Shown: positions 26,990-35,228 of the stretch, piece by piece
How the letters are laid out: each line of letters starts with the position of its first letter
Position numbering within the stretch: the stretch's first letter is position 1
NCBI GenBank assembly: GCA_964512385.1
Contig: CAZEHZ010000001.1
Span: 60,963 to 124,962, forward strand
DNA from: an uncultured Victivallaceae bacterium
Lineage (GTDB): Bacteria; Verrucomicrobiota; Lentisphaeria; Victivallales; Victivallaceae
Direction: 5' to 3'
Length of the DNA: 64,000 nucleotides
Position numbers and translations under genes: made by a program
Notes under the pieces: model-generated
Database searches by the model: none
The model's input: only the letters and a program-made list of their open reading frames with translations
Told to the model about the DNA's origin: nothing

Positions 26990-29211
26990 ATCAATGACTG
27001 CGGGTCGGCATCCACATAAACATCCACTTTGCCGTTATAATGGCGGCGAGTGGCTAATTCCCGCAATTTCCGCCGCAAATTCTTCAGCTTTTTACCCCGA
27101 AATAGAATCTGACAACGGAATTTGCCCTTAATCCGCTCTACCGGCGACGGCATCGGGTCGGCCGTAATCATACCGTCATTCAAATACGGTTTCAACTCCG
27201 CAAAACACTCTGTAGCACAACGCATGCACAAGGTTTGGTCTTCACTGCGGAAGTGCAAAATTAAAATATGGCCAAACGGCGGATAAGACAGCAACTCCCG
27301 CACCGCCGCATCATATTCATAAAATCCGGCGTAATCATTTTTCATCGCCAGCACAATCGCTTCATGCTGTGGTGAAAACGTCTGCACCAGCACCTCGCCC
27401 GGAATGTCGCCCCGCCCCGCCCGGCCCGCCACCTGAGTCAATAACTGAAAGGTACGCTCCGCCGAACGGAAGTCCGGAATATACAAGCCCTGGTCGGCAT
27501 TGATTACCCCCACTAAGGTGATGTTCGGGAAATGCAGGCCTTTGGCGATCATCTGTGTGCCAATCAGAATATCAATCTCGCCACGCTGAAGTTTGTCCAG
27601 CGTATCTTCATAGGCGTCGGCGCCACGCATGGTGTCTGAATCCATCCGGGCAATGCGGGCATTCGGGAAGATTGCTCTGGCCATCGATTCAATCTTTTCC
27701 GTGCCACTGCCGGAGTAATGAATGCCACGCCCGCCGCACTGCGGACAAACCTCCGGTGCCGGTATGGTAATGCCGCACATGTGGCAACTCAGCGTGTTAG
27801 CCTTTTTATGATAGGTAAAAGATACCGAACAATCCGGGCAACCGGCCACATAACCGCAGTCTTCACACAACATCTGCCGCGCAAACCCCCGGCGGTTCAT
27901 AAACAATATCGTCTGCTCGTTACGGGACAACCGCTCTTTTACCGCATTGATCAGCATGGGCGAAAACAAGGAACTTTTCGGCGCATTATCATCCGATTCC
28001 CCGTCGGACGGAAAATCATTGTTGTTCAGCCGCAAATCCACCACCTGCCAGACCGGAGGAAGAGTGTTGCCCGCCGGAATACTCATCCGGCACATCTCAT
28101 AACGCTTTTGCAACACATTATAATAGGTCTCAAACGACGGCGTGGCCGAACCCAGAATTACACACGCATTTTCCAGCTTTCCACGCATTACCGCCACATC
28201 TCTGGCATTATAACGGGGCGACTCCGACTGCTTATAACTGCCTTCATGCTCCTCATCCACCACAATCAAACCCAAATTACGGAACGGCGCAAACAAGGCC
28301 GAACGGGCGCCCACCGCAATCGACACCTCGCCCCGGCTGATCTTATTCCACTGGTCAAACCGCTCCGCCTCGGTAAGTTTACTATGCAATACACTCACCT
28401 TTTCGCCAAAACGGGCCCGGAAACGACGCACCGTCTGCGGCGTCAGCGAAATTTCCGGCACCAGAACAATGGCACTTTTCTGCGCCGCCAAAACCTTATC
28501 GATCGCCTGCAAATAAACCTCGGTCTTACCGCTGTTCGTAACCCCGTACAACAACATAACGTGATTCGCCGTCCGCCCCGTGCGCATTTCCTCAAATTTA
28601 TCCAGCGCCGCCTGCTGTTCCGACGACGGCGGCAGTGGTTGACTCGGCATGACTTCATCTGAAAACGGATTCCGGTACTCCGGCGCTTCGTAAATCTCTA
28701 TATAACCGTCTTTCTGCAGATTCGCCGCCACCGTGCCGCCGCAGGACGCCAGCGACAACGCCGCCTTTAACGGCAGTTCACCCTCTTGACGAAATACCGC
28801 CAGTAATTTTTGCTGTTTTTCACTCTTTGGGGGCTTGACCGGCGGCGATGCGGCTGGACGGCCGATTTTACAGTTTTTTTCCTTTATTTTACCACTGCGA
28901 ACCACGCCCGGCAACAACGTTTTTAACGCCTGCTCCCGTGAACAGCAATAATAGTCCGACAGCCAATCCCCAAGTTTAAGCAACGCTTCCGGCAGTCTGG
29001 TGCGGTTATCACTTAAACGGATTATCTCCGCCAATTTTCCACCAAAATCACTCTCCGCCGCCACCTGCACCACAAATCCGGTGCGCTGACTGTGGCCAAA
29101 TGGTACGACTACCTGCGAACCCGCTCCCACCTCCTCCAGCAATGCCGCCGGAATCAGATAGTCAAAACTGCGATCCAGTGATAATTCGATCAATACCTTT
29201 GCCACACTCAT
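26986..29211 (-). CDS. priA: Primosomal replication-restart helicase PriA
   Basis: GVTNSGKTEVY Walker A, VVDEEHEGSYKQ, and a Cys-rich zinc region CEDCGYVAGCPDCSVSFTYH...CHMCG...CPQCGG. Start set at ATG 29211 (MSVAKVLIEL...), because the 70-aa upstream extension looks non-coding. Confidence 0.9.
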   Translation of the reverse strand: MSVAKVLIELSLDRSFDYLIPAALLEEVGAGSQVVVPFGHSQRTGFVVQVAAESDFGGKLAEIIRLSDNRTRLPEALLKLGDWLSDYYCCSREQALKTLLPGVVRSGKIKEKNCKIGRPAASPPVKPPKSEKQQKLLAVFRQEGELPLKAALSLASCGGTVAANLQKDGYIEIYEAPEYRNPFSDEVMPSQPLPPSSEQQAALDKFEEMRTGRTANHVMLLYGVTNSGKTEVYLQAIDKVLAAQKSAIVLVPEISLTPQTVRRFRARFGEKVSVLHSKLTEAERFDQWNKISRGEVSIAVGARSALFAPFRNLGLIVVDEEHEGSYKQSESPRYNARDVAVMRGKLENACVILGSATPSFETYYNVLQKRYEMCRMSIPAGNTLPPVWQVVDLRLNNNDFPSDGESDDNAPKSSLFSPMLINAVKERLSRNEQTILFMNRRGFARQMLCEDCGYVAGCPDCSVSFTYHKKANTLSCHMCGITIPAPEVCPQCGGRGIHYSGSGTEKIESMARAIFPNARIARMDSDTMRGADAYEDTLDKLQRGEIDILIGTQMIAKGLHFPNITLVGVINADQGLYIPDFRSAERTFQLLTQVAGRAGRGDIPGEVLVQTFSPQHEAIVLAMKNDYAGFYEYDAAVRELLSYPPFGHILILHFRSEDQTLCMRCATECFAELKPYLNDGMITADPMPSPVERIKGKFRCQILFRGKKLKNLRRKLRELATRRHYNGKVDVYVDADPQSLI

Positions 29212-29324
29212 ATTACTTAGCCCACTTTTTTTACGTTTTAATGCGTTTTCATATAATATAACACCTTTATGACGGCGTAAACCACGTTTTAGATAAAAAA
29301 TTTGAAAAAAATTGCTTTTTCTTT

Positions 29325-29353
29325 TTGACATTCTCCATAGTTGAAAGTATCTT
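29325..29353 (+). promoter_or_regulatory. Candidate sigma-70-type promoter for hup
   Basis: TTGACA (29325-29330), 17-nt spacer, TATCTT (29348-29353), about 65 nt upstream of the hup ATG. Pattern match only. Confidence 0.3.
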
Positions 29354-29416
29354 ATATAAATAGTGATATGGAATGAACCGAAATTTATGAATTTGGAATA
29401 TAAAGGGTAAGGAATC

Positions 29417-29716
29417 ATGACTAAAAGAGATTTGGTTGTTAAAATTGCAAAAGAAACTGATTTAATTCAGAATGACGTGGCTACTGTTGTACAGAAAACT
29501 TTAGACTATATCGCTCAGGAACTGATCGATGGCAATACGATTGAATTACGCAACTTCGGCGTATTCGAAATTAAAGTCCGGAAGAGCCGCAAGGGGCGTA
29601 ACCCGAACCAGCCGAAAAATGAAGTGCTTATTCCCGAACGCACCGTGGTTAAATTCCGCGCCGGTAAGGAACTGAAGGATGCGGTGGAAAAACTCGATCC
29701 CAAGCGTTTCATTTAA
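29417..29716 (+). CDS. hup: HU/IHF-family nucleoid-associated DNA-binding protein
   Basis: 99 aa. MTKRDLVVKIAKE...VELRNFGVFEIKVRKSRKGRNPNQP...IPERTVVKFRAGKELK is a typical HU/IHF beta-arm. SD AAGGGTAAGGA. Confidence 0.9.
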   Translation: MTKRDLVVKIAKETDLIQNDVATVVQKTLDYIAQELIDGNTIELRNFGVFEIKVRKSRKGRNPNQPKNEVLIPERTVVKFRAGKELKDAVEKLDPKRFI

Positions 29717-29827
29717 TCCATTAACTTTCCCGTTTGTATCTGGGTGTAAGTAATGGAAGAATTTGCGTCTAACTGTAACAATTGCCACGTGTGCGGCATA
29801 TTGGGTTTGGACTGATGTATGTGAAAT

Positions 29828-29874
29828 TTGCGTCAAACCATGCAAAATGCAGTTTGACGCAATTTTGCTTTTTT
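29828..29874 (+). terminator. Rho-independent terminator after hup, 29 nt before the hisS start
   Basis: 11-bp stem TTGCGTCAAAC/GTTTGACGCAA with a 13-nt loop, followed by TTTTGCTTTTTT. Confidence 0.7.
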
Positions 29875-29902
29875 AATAACTTAAATTAATGGGTTTTTAT
29901 TT

Positions 29903-31165
29903 ATGGCTAAATTTGCTCCGCCGCCGGGAACCAGCGACATCTTCCCGGATGAAACTCCTAAATGGAGATTCCTGGAACGCACTGCGGAAAAGGTGTTCGC
30001 CGGGTATAATTTCGGCGAACTGCGTACTCCGCTGTTTGAATATACTGAGGTCTTTAATCGCGGGCTGGGCAATGAGACCGAAGTCGTTCGGAAAGAAATG
30101 TACACCTTTCAAGACCGCGGCGGACGCAGTTTGACGCTGCGCCCCGAAGGTACTGCCGGCGTGATGCGCTCTCTGCTTAATACCGACGTTCTGAACGGTA
30201 ACGAACAACGGGTGTTCTACTATGGCCCCATGTTCAGAGGTGAACGCCCCGCCGCCGGACGCCGCCGCCAATTCCACCAAATCGGCGTGGAAAATGTGGG
30301 CCGCATTGCCCCCGAACTCGACGCCGAATGTATCGCCATGCTGATGGATCTGCTTGATAATGTTGGCATTAAAGATGCGGAACTTATTGTCAATACCCGT
30401 GGCGTGGCCGCCGATAGAGTGGAAGCCGCCAAGCAGCTTAAAACGTATTTTTCAGCTCATATTGACGATATGTGCGAAGACTGCAAAGCCCGGTTGAATG
30501 GCAATATCTGGCGCATTTTAGACTGCAAACAGGAACACTGCCGCCAGATTATCGCCGATGCTCCCAATTATTTAGACTATTTTACCCCGGAATCCAAAGC
30601 CTATTTTGACTGCGTTTGCCGCACTCTGGACGCCTTGGGGATTAAATATCGCCATGACCCCTTGCTGGTGCGTGGTCTGGACTACTATGTCCATACCGTT
30701 TTTGAGGTTACGCATAGTGCCATCGGCGGCAGTGCCATGGCCGGCGGCGGCCGTTATGAGCTGTTTTTACCCGAACAGAGCCGCCCCGTAATCGGCGTGG
30801 GATTCGCCGCCGGTATGGAAAGAGTGTTGTTGACTCAGGAAGCCCTCAACTTCCAGGTTCCCAACGAAGCCAATCCCGTGGTTTATCTGATCGGTTTAGG
30901 CGAAAACGCCCGTTTAGCCAATATGAAACTCGCCGCCGAACTGCGAAAAAATAACATTACCGCCGTACCCGAAGTGGAAGATAAATCCATGAAGGCGCAA
31001 ATGCGCAGCGCCAATCGCCTGAATGCCAGAGTGGCATTGATTACCGGCGATGATGAACTGAACCGGAATGTGGTGATTGTACGGGATATGAACGGAGCAG
31101 AGCAAATTGAAGTGCCACGCTCTGATGTTGCAGAAAAATGTCTTGAAATTATAAATATCAACTAA
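29903..31165 (+). CDS. hisS: Histidine--tRNA ligase
   Basis: 420 aa. Class II motifs MYTFQDRGGRSLTLRPEGTAG, FYYGPMFRGERP and GGGRYE. Confidence 0.95.
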   Translation: MAKFAPPPGTSDIFPDETPKWRFLERTAEKVFAGYNFGELRTPLFEYTEVFNRGLGNETEVVRKEMYTFQDRGGRSLTLRPEGTAGVMRSLLNTDVLNGNEQRVFYYGPMFRGERPAAGRRRQFHQIGVENVGRIAPELDAECIAMLMDLLDNVGIKDAELIVNTRGVAADRVEAAKQLKTYFSAHIDDMCEDCKARLNGNIWRILDCKQEHCRQIIADAPNYLDYFTPESKAYFDCVCRTLDALGIKYRHDPLLVRGLDYYVHTVFEVTHSAIGGSAMAGGGRYELFLPEQSRPVIGVGFAAGMERVLLTQEALNFQVPNEANPVVYLIGLGENARLANMKLAAELRKNNITAVPEVEDKSMKAQMRSANRLNARVALITGDDELNRNVVIVRDMNGAEQIEVPRSDVAEKCLEIININ

Positions 31166-31184
31166 TAACGAAAGAGAGAAAATT

Positions 31185-31838
31185 ATGGCTATCAGCAAAA
31201 AGAATTTGATCTTTTTAGGTGCGCCGGGTTCCGGTAAAGGCACCATGGCGTCGGCACTGAAAGAAGTTCAGCCGCTGGCACATATCTCCACCGGAGATTT
31301 ACTGCGTGACGAAATTAAACGCGATACCGAACTCGGCCGGGCCGCCGCCGGTATCATGAAGGCCGGCGGTCTGGTGCCGGACGAAGTGGTTTGCGGTATG
31401 GTTAAAAATCGTTTGGCGATGCCCGACTGCGAAAACGGCTTCATTCTGGACGGCTTCCCCCGTACCATTCCGCAGGCCGAAAAATTAGACGAAGTTTTAA
31501 CCGAACTCGGCAAAAAAGTTGACGCCGTTATCAATATCGTGGTGGAAGACCAGGTTATTTTACAGCGTTTGACCAGCCGTTTGTGCTGTAAGGGCTGTTC
31601 CGAAATTTACAACAAACTCAGCAAAAAGCCCAAAGTTGACGGCGTTTGCGATAAGTGCGGCGGACAGCTTTATCAGCGCCCCGACGACTCGCTGGAAACT
31701 GCTCAACAGCGTTTGGACGTGTTCTACAAAAATACTCAACCGTTAATTGACTTCTATGCCAAAAAAGGCCTGGTAGTGGATATTACCGGTGACGAAATCT
31801 CCGACAAACTCAACGCTATGTTGAACGCGTTGGCATAA
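31185..31838 (+). CDS. adk: Adenylate kinase (zinc-lid type)
   Basis: GAPGSGKGT P-loop, GFILDGFPRT, and lid Cys motif CKGCSEIY...CDKCGG. Confidence 0.95.
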   Translation: MAISKKNLIFLGAPGSGKGTMASALKEVQPLAHISTGDLLRDEIKRDTELGRAAAGIMKAGGLVPDEVVCGMVKNRLAMPDCENGFILDGFPRTIPQAEKLDEVLTELGKKVDAVINIVVEDQVILQRLTSRLCCKGCSEIYNKLSKKPKVDGVCDKCGGQLYQRPDDSLETAQQRLDVFYKNTQPLIDFYAKKGLVVDITGDEISDKLNAMLNALA

Positions 31839-31860
31839 CCTACCTGAAGGCATACTTATT

Positions 31861-32640
31861 ATGGTAAGCAGCAGGGATGTTATCATCCATACTCCGGAAG
31901 AGATTGCCCGGATTCGGGTGGCGGCCGCAGCCACCGCCCAGGTTCGCGACACTCTCGCCGGAATGATTGAGGCTGGAATGACGACTAAAGACGTTGATAT
32001 TCTGGCCGGTCGCTTAATTGCGCAAACCGGCGGCCGCAGTACTTTTTTAGGCTATTGCGGCTTTCCCGGCAATGCATGTATCTCGGTTAATGAAGTGATT
32101 GTTCACGGCATTGGCGATGACCGTACCGTATTGAAAGACGGCGATATTGTCAGCATTGACTTAGGGGTAACTTTAAACGGAGCCACCGGAGACACCGCCA
32201 GAACCGTGGTGGTGGGCGGTAAAGCCACTCCGCAGGTGGATATGCTGCTAAAAGTTACTCAACAAGCGTTGTTTGACGGCATTGAACAAGCCGTAAAAGG
32301 CAATCATATCGGCGATATTTCTAAAGCGGTGGAGGCCGCCGCCAATCATGCCAAACTCGGAGTTGTACGGGACTATGTGGGGCATGGATGCGGTATTAAT
32401 CTGCATGAACCACCCGAAATTCCAAATTTTTGCGGTCGCTACCGCGGCCCGGAATTACACCCCGGAATGGTGCTGGCCATTGAACCCATGTTCAATTTAG
32501 GCACTTGGAAAGTTAGAACCGAACGGGACGGCTGGACGGTTAGAACTTGTGATGGTAAATGGTCCGCTCATTTTGAGCATTTAGTATTAGTAACTGAAGA
32601 TAAACCGGAGATATTAACGTGGCCAAAGATGATGTTATAA
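31861..32640 (+). CDS. map: Type I methionine aminopeptidase
   Basis: [28 protein letters not shown] and LAIEPM metal-ligand motifs. Confidence 0.95.
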   Translation: MVSSRDVIIHTPEEIARIRVAAAATAQVRDTLAGMIEAGMTTKDVDILAGRLIAQTGGRSTFLGYCGFPGNACISVNEVIVHGIGDDRTVLKDGDIVSIDLGVTLNGATGDTARTVVVGGKATPQVDMLLKVTQQALFDGIEQAVKGNHIGDISKAVEAAANHAKLGVVRDYVGHGCGINLHEPPEIPNFCGRYRGPELHPGMVLAIEPMFNLGTWKVRTERDGWTVRTCDGKWSAHFEHLVLVTEDKPEILTWPKMML

Positions 32641-32837
32641 GAGTAGATGGCATAGTTAAAGAGTTGTTGCCGAACACCATGTTTAAGGTGGAAATCCCCG
32701 GCGAACACATTATTTTAGCTCACATCAGCGGGAAAATGCGTTTAAATTTTATTCGCATTCTGCCCGGCGACAGTGTAACTTTGGAAATGTCGCCATACGA
32801 TTTGACCAAAGGTAGAATCGTATTCCGCAAAAAGTAA
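32619..32837 (+). CDS. infA: Translation initiation factor IF-1
   Basis: 72 aa. (M)[24 protein letters not shown]...[39 protein letters not shown] start with GGAG 8 nt upstream. Overlaps the map 3' end by 22 nt. Confidence 0.95.
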   Translation: MAKDDVIRVDGIVKELLPNTMFKVEIPGEHIILAHISGKMRLNFIRILPGDSVTLEMSPYDLTKGRIVFRKK

Positions 32838-32908
32838 ATTGTTAATCACTAATATTATACCGGAACAATTCAGGTTGCTTCGGTATGATTTTTACACCAG
32901 GGAAAAAA

Positions 32909-34141
32909 ATGAAAGTTTTAGTATTGAACGCCGGCAGCAGTTCGGTAAAGTTCACGATGTACAGCATGTCGCACGAATCAGTTTTGGCCAAAGGCCAGGT
33001 GGAACGCTTAGGTTTGGAAAATCCAAACCTGATTTACAAGCGCAGTGACGGCGTAAAAGATACTCAGGAACGCCGGGACATTAAAAATATTGCCGACGCG
33101 ATTCGTGCTATTTGCGAAAAATTAGTTGATAAAGAAATCGGCGTCTTAAACTCTATGAAAGACGTTGAAGCTATCGGACACCGGGTACTGCACGGCGGAG
33201 AACGTGCCAACCGCCCCGTGTTGGTTAATAACGAAATTAAAGATATTATCCGTGACTGCATCCCGCTGGGACCGCTGCACAATCCCGCTAACTTAGCCGG
33301 GATTGAGGCTTGTGAACAGATCTTCCCCGGCGTACCAAATGTGGCCGTTTTTGATACCGAATTTCACCAGTCGATGCCGCCGCAGGCGTTCTTATATGCT
33401 ATTCCATACGAATTTTACACCAAATACGGCATCCGCAGATACGGCTTCCACGGCACCAGCCATAACTTTGTGGCCAGAGCTACCGCCGCCTTTATGGATA
33501 AACCCTTAGCCACCTTAAAGTTAATCACCTGCCATCTGGGTAACGGGTGCAGTATTACCGCCGTTAATCACGGGCTGGTGGTGGATACATCGATGGGAAT
33601 GACTCCGCTGGAAGGGTTGGTTATGGGAACCCGCAGCGGCGATATTGACCCGGCGGTGATCTTGCGCTTAATGGAATTAGGCAAGACTCGCGAAGAAATT
33701 GATAAACTCTTGAATAAACAAAGCGGGTTACTCGGCGTAGGCGGTATCGGCTCCAGCGATATGCGCGATATTATCGCCGCCGAAGAAAAAGGCGATCAGC
33801 AGGCATTGCTGGCACGCCGCATGTTTACCCGCCGGGTGGTGAAGTACATCGGCGCATACTACACGCTGATGGGCGGCGCCGATGCCATTGTTTTCACCGG
33901 CGGCGTAGGCGAATGGAGCAATTACGTGCGGGCGAAAGTTATGGTTAAACTCGGTTGCTTAGGCGTAGAGCTGGATGCCGAAGAAAACGCTAAATGTCTG
34001 GGTCGCACCGGGGTTATTTCTACCCCGAACAGCCGCACCAAGGTAATAGTTATGCCCACCGACGAAGAGCTGATGATTGCCCGCAGTGTGTTGGAAACTT
34101 TAAAAATGGATGACGTTCGCTTAAATCCGAACAAAAAATAA
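32909..34141 (+). CDS. ackA: Acetate kinase
   Basis: MKVLVLNAGSSSVKF..., GHRVLHGG, FDTEFHQSMP and GFHGTSH motifs. ATG 32909 is preferred over 32885. Confidence 0.95.
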   Translation: MKVLVLNAGSSSVKFTMYSMSHESVLAKGQVERLGLENPNLIYKRSDGVKDTQERRDIKNIADAIRAICEKLVDKEIGVLNSMKDVEAIGHRVLHGGERANRPVLVNNEIKDIIRDCIPLGPLHNPANLAGIEACEQIFPGVPNVAVFDTEFHQSMPPQAFLYAIPYEFYTKYGIRRYGFHGTSHNFVARATAAFMDKPLATLKLITCHLGNGCSITAVNHGLVVDTSMGMTPLEGLVMGTRSGDIDPAVILRLMELGKTREEIDKLLNKQSGLLGVGGIGSSDMRDIIAAEEKGDQQALLARRMFTRRVVKYIGAYYTLMGGADAIVFTGGVGEWSNYVRAKVMVKLGCLGVELDAEENAKCLGRTGVISTPNSRTKVIVMPTDEELMIARSVLETLKMDDVRLNPNKK

Positions 34142-35169
34142 TGGTGAGATGGAAAATGAGTGCTTTAGATATTTTTATTAAACAGGCGCAACAGGCCGGT
34201 AAACGTTTGGTTATGCCGGAAGGGCAGGACTCCAGAGTGGTGGCCGCCGCCAATATGGTGATGGAACAAAACGTGGCAGCCAAAGTTGTGGTGCTGGGTA
34301 CGGAAGCCGAAATTTCCGCCGCCTGCCTTAAGGCCGGTATTACGGAACGCAAGTTTGAATCTCTCGACTATATGGCGTCGCCGCTGTTTGAACAGTACGC
34401 CGCTCAGTTTGCCCAAATGCGGGCCGCTAAAGGCGCAACCATTGAAACCGGACGCAAAGCCATGAACAGCCGCATCTATTTCGGCGCCATGATGAGCCGC
34501 AACGGGTTAGTGGACGGTCTGGTGGCCGGAAGTATCGCCAGCACCGCCGACATGTTGCGTGCCGCATTCCAATGCATCGGCACTGCCCCCGGCATCAAGA
34601 TTGGCAGCAGCTGCTTTATTATGGACCTGCCCCGCCCCACCGAAAGCGGCGACCAGGTGTTGCTGTTCGGCGACTGCGCCGTAAACCCCAATCCCAACGC
34701 CGAACAACTGGTGGATATTGCAATTGCCACCGGCAAGACTTATCAGGCGTTAATCGGCAAAACTCCACGCATTGCGTTTTTGTCGTTCTCCACCAAAGGC
34801 AGTGCTCAGCATGAACTGCTGGAAAAAGTGGTGGCCGCCGCCGAGCTGTGCAAAGCCCGCATCGCCGCCGACCAGCTGGATATGGTTTGCGACGGAGAAC
34901 TGCAGGCCGATGCCGCTATTGTACCGGCCGTCGGCGCCAGCAAAGCACCGGGCAGTGAGGTGGCCGGGTCTGCCAATGTTTTGATTTTCCCGGACTTGAA
35001 TGCCGGTAATATTTGCTACAAGTTGGTTCAGCGTTTAGCCGGAGCCGGTGCTTACGGCCCGATTTTACAGGGCTTGGCCGCTCCGCTGAATGACCTGTCC
35101 CGCGGCTGTACCGCCGAAGATATCTTTGGCGTGGCCGCTATTACGGCATGTCAGGCCATTGCCAAATAA
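34141..35169 (+). CDS. pta: Phosphate acetyltransferase (short form)
   Basis: About 335-342 aa with LVMPEGQDSRVVAAA..., SSCFIM and LIFPDLNAGNICYKL motifs. The start is either 34141 (1-nt overlap with the ackA stop) or 34156. Confidence 0.9.
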   Translation: MVRWKMSALDIFIKQAQQAGKRLVMPEGQDSRVVAAANMVMEQNVAAKVVVLGTEAEISAACLKAGITERKFESLDYMASPLFEQYAAQFAQMRAAKGATIETGRKAMNSRIYFGAMMSRNGLVDGLVAGSIASTADMLRAAFQCIGTAPGIKIGSSCFIMDLPRPTESGDQVLLFGDCAVNPNPNAEQLVDIAIATGKTYQALIGKTPRIAFLSFSTKGSAQHELLEKVVAAAELCKARIAADQLDMVCDGELQADAAIVPAVGASKAPGSEVAGSANVLIFPDLNAGNICYKLVQRLAGAGAYGPILQGLAAPLNDLSRGCTAEDIFGVAAITACQAIAK

Positions 35170-35181
35170 TACATATTCGGC

Positions 35182-35219
35182 AAAAAAAAGAGCAGGCTTT
35201 AAACACCTGCTCTTTTTTT
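35182..35219. terminator. Bidirectional rho-independent terminator between convergent pta and the LamG/SGNH gene
   Basis: A8-AGAGCAGG-loop-CCTGCTCT-T7 gives an 8-bp stem flanked by an A-run and a T-run. Confidence 0.75.
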
Positions 35220-35228
35220 GTCGGCAAA

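Noticed and set aside
27718-28662. 314-aa plus-strand ORF antisense to priA
   Set aside because: It is Arg/His/Gln-rich and low-complexity (RRRRQWLTRH...), has no SD, and lies wholly inside a gene with unambiguous PriA motifs on the opposite strand. This is a typical shadow ORF of moderately GC-rich coding sequence.
29212-29418. 70-aa N-terminal extension of PriA in the ORF track (start 29418)
   Set aside because: The extension (MIPYPLYSKFINFGSFHITIYIRYF...) is AT-rich, non-protein-like sequence. It overlaps the hup promoter region and start codon. The conserved PriA N-terminus begins at MSVAKVLIEL (ATG 29211).
29717-29902. T-box riboswitch or His-leader peptide controlling hisS
   Set aside because: I found no T-box consensus (AGGGUGGNACCGCG-like), no specifier-loop architecture and no run of His codons. 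The region is also too short (186 nt, including the hup terminator).
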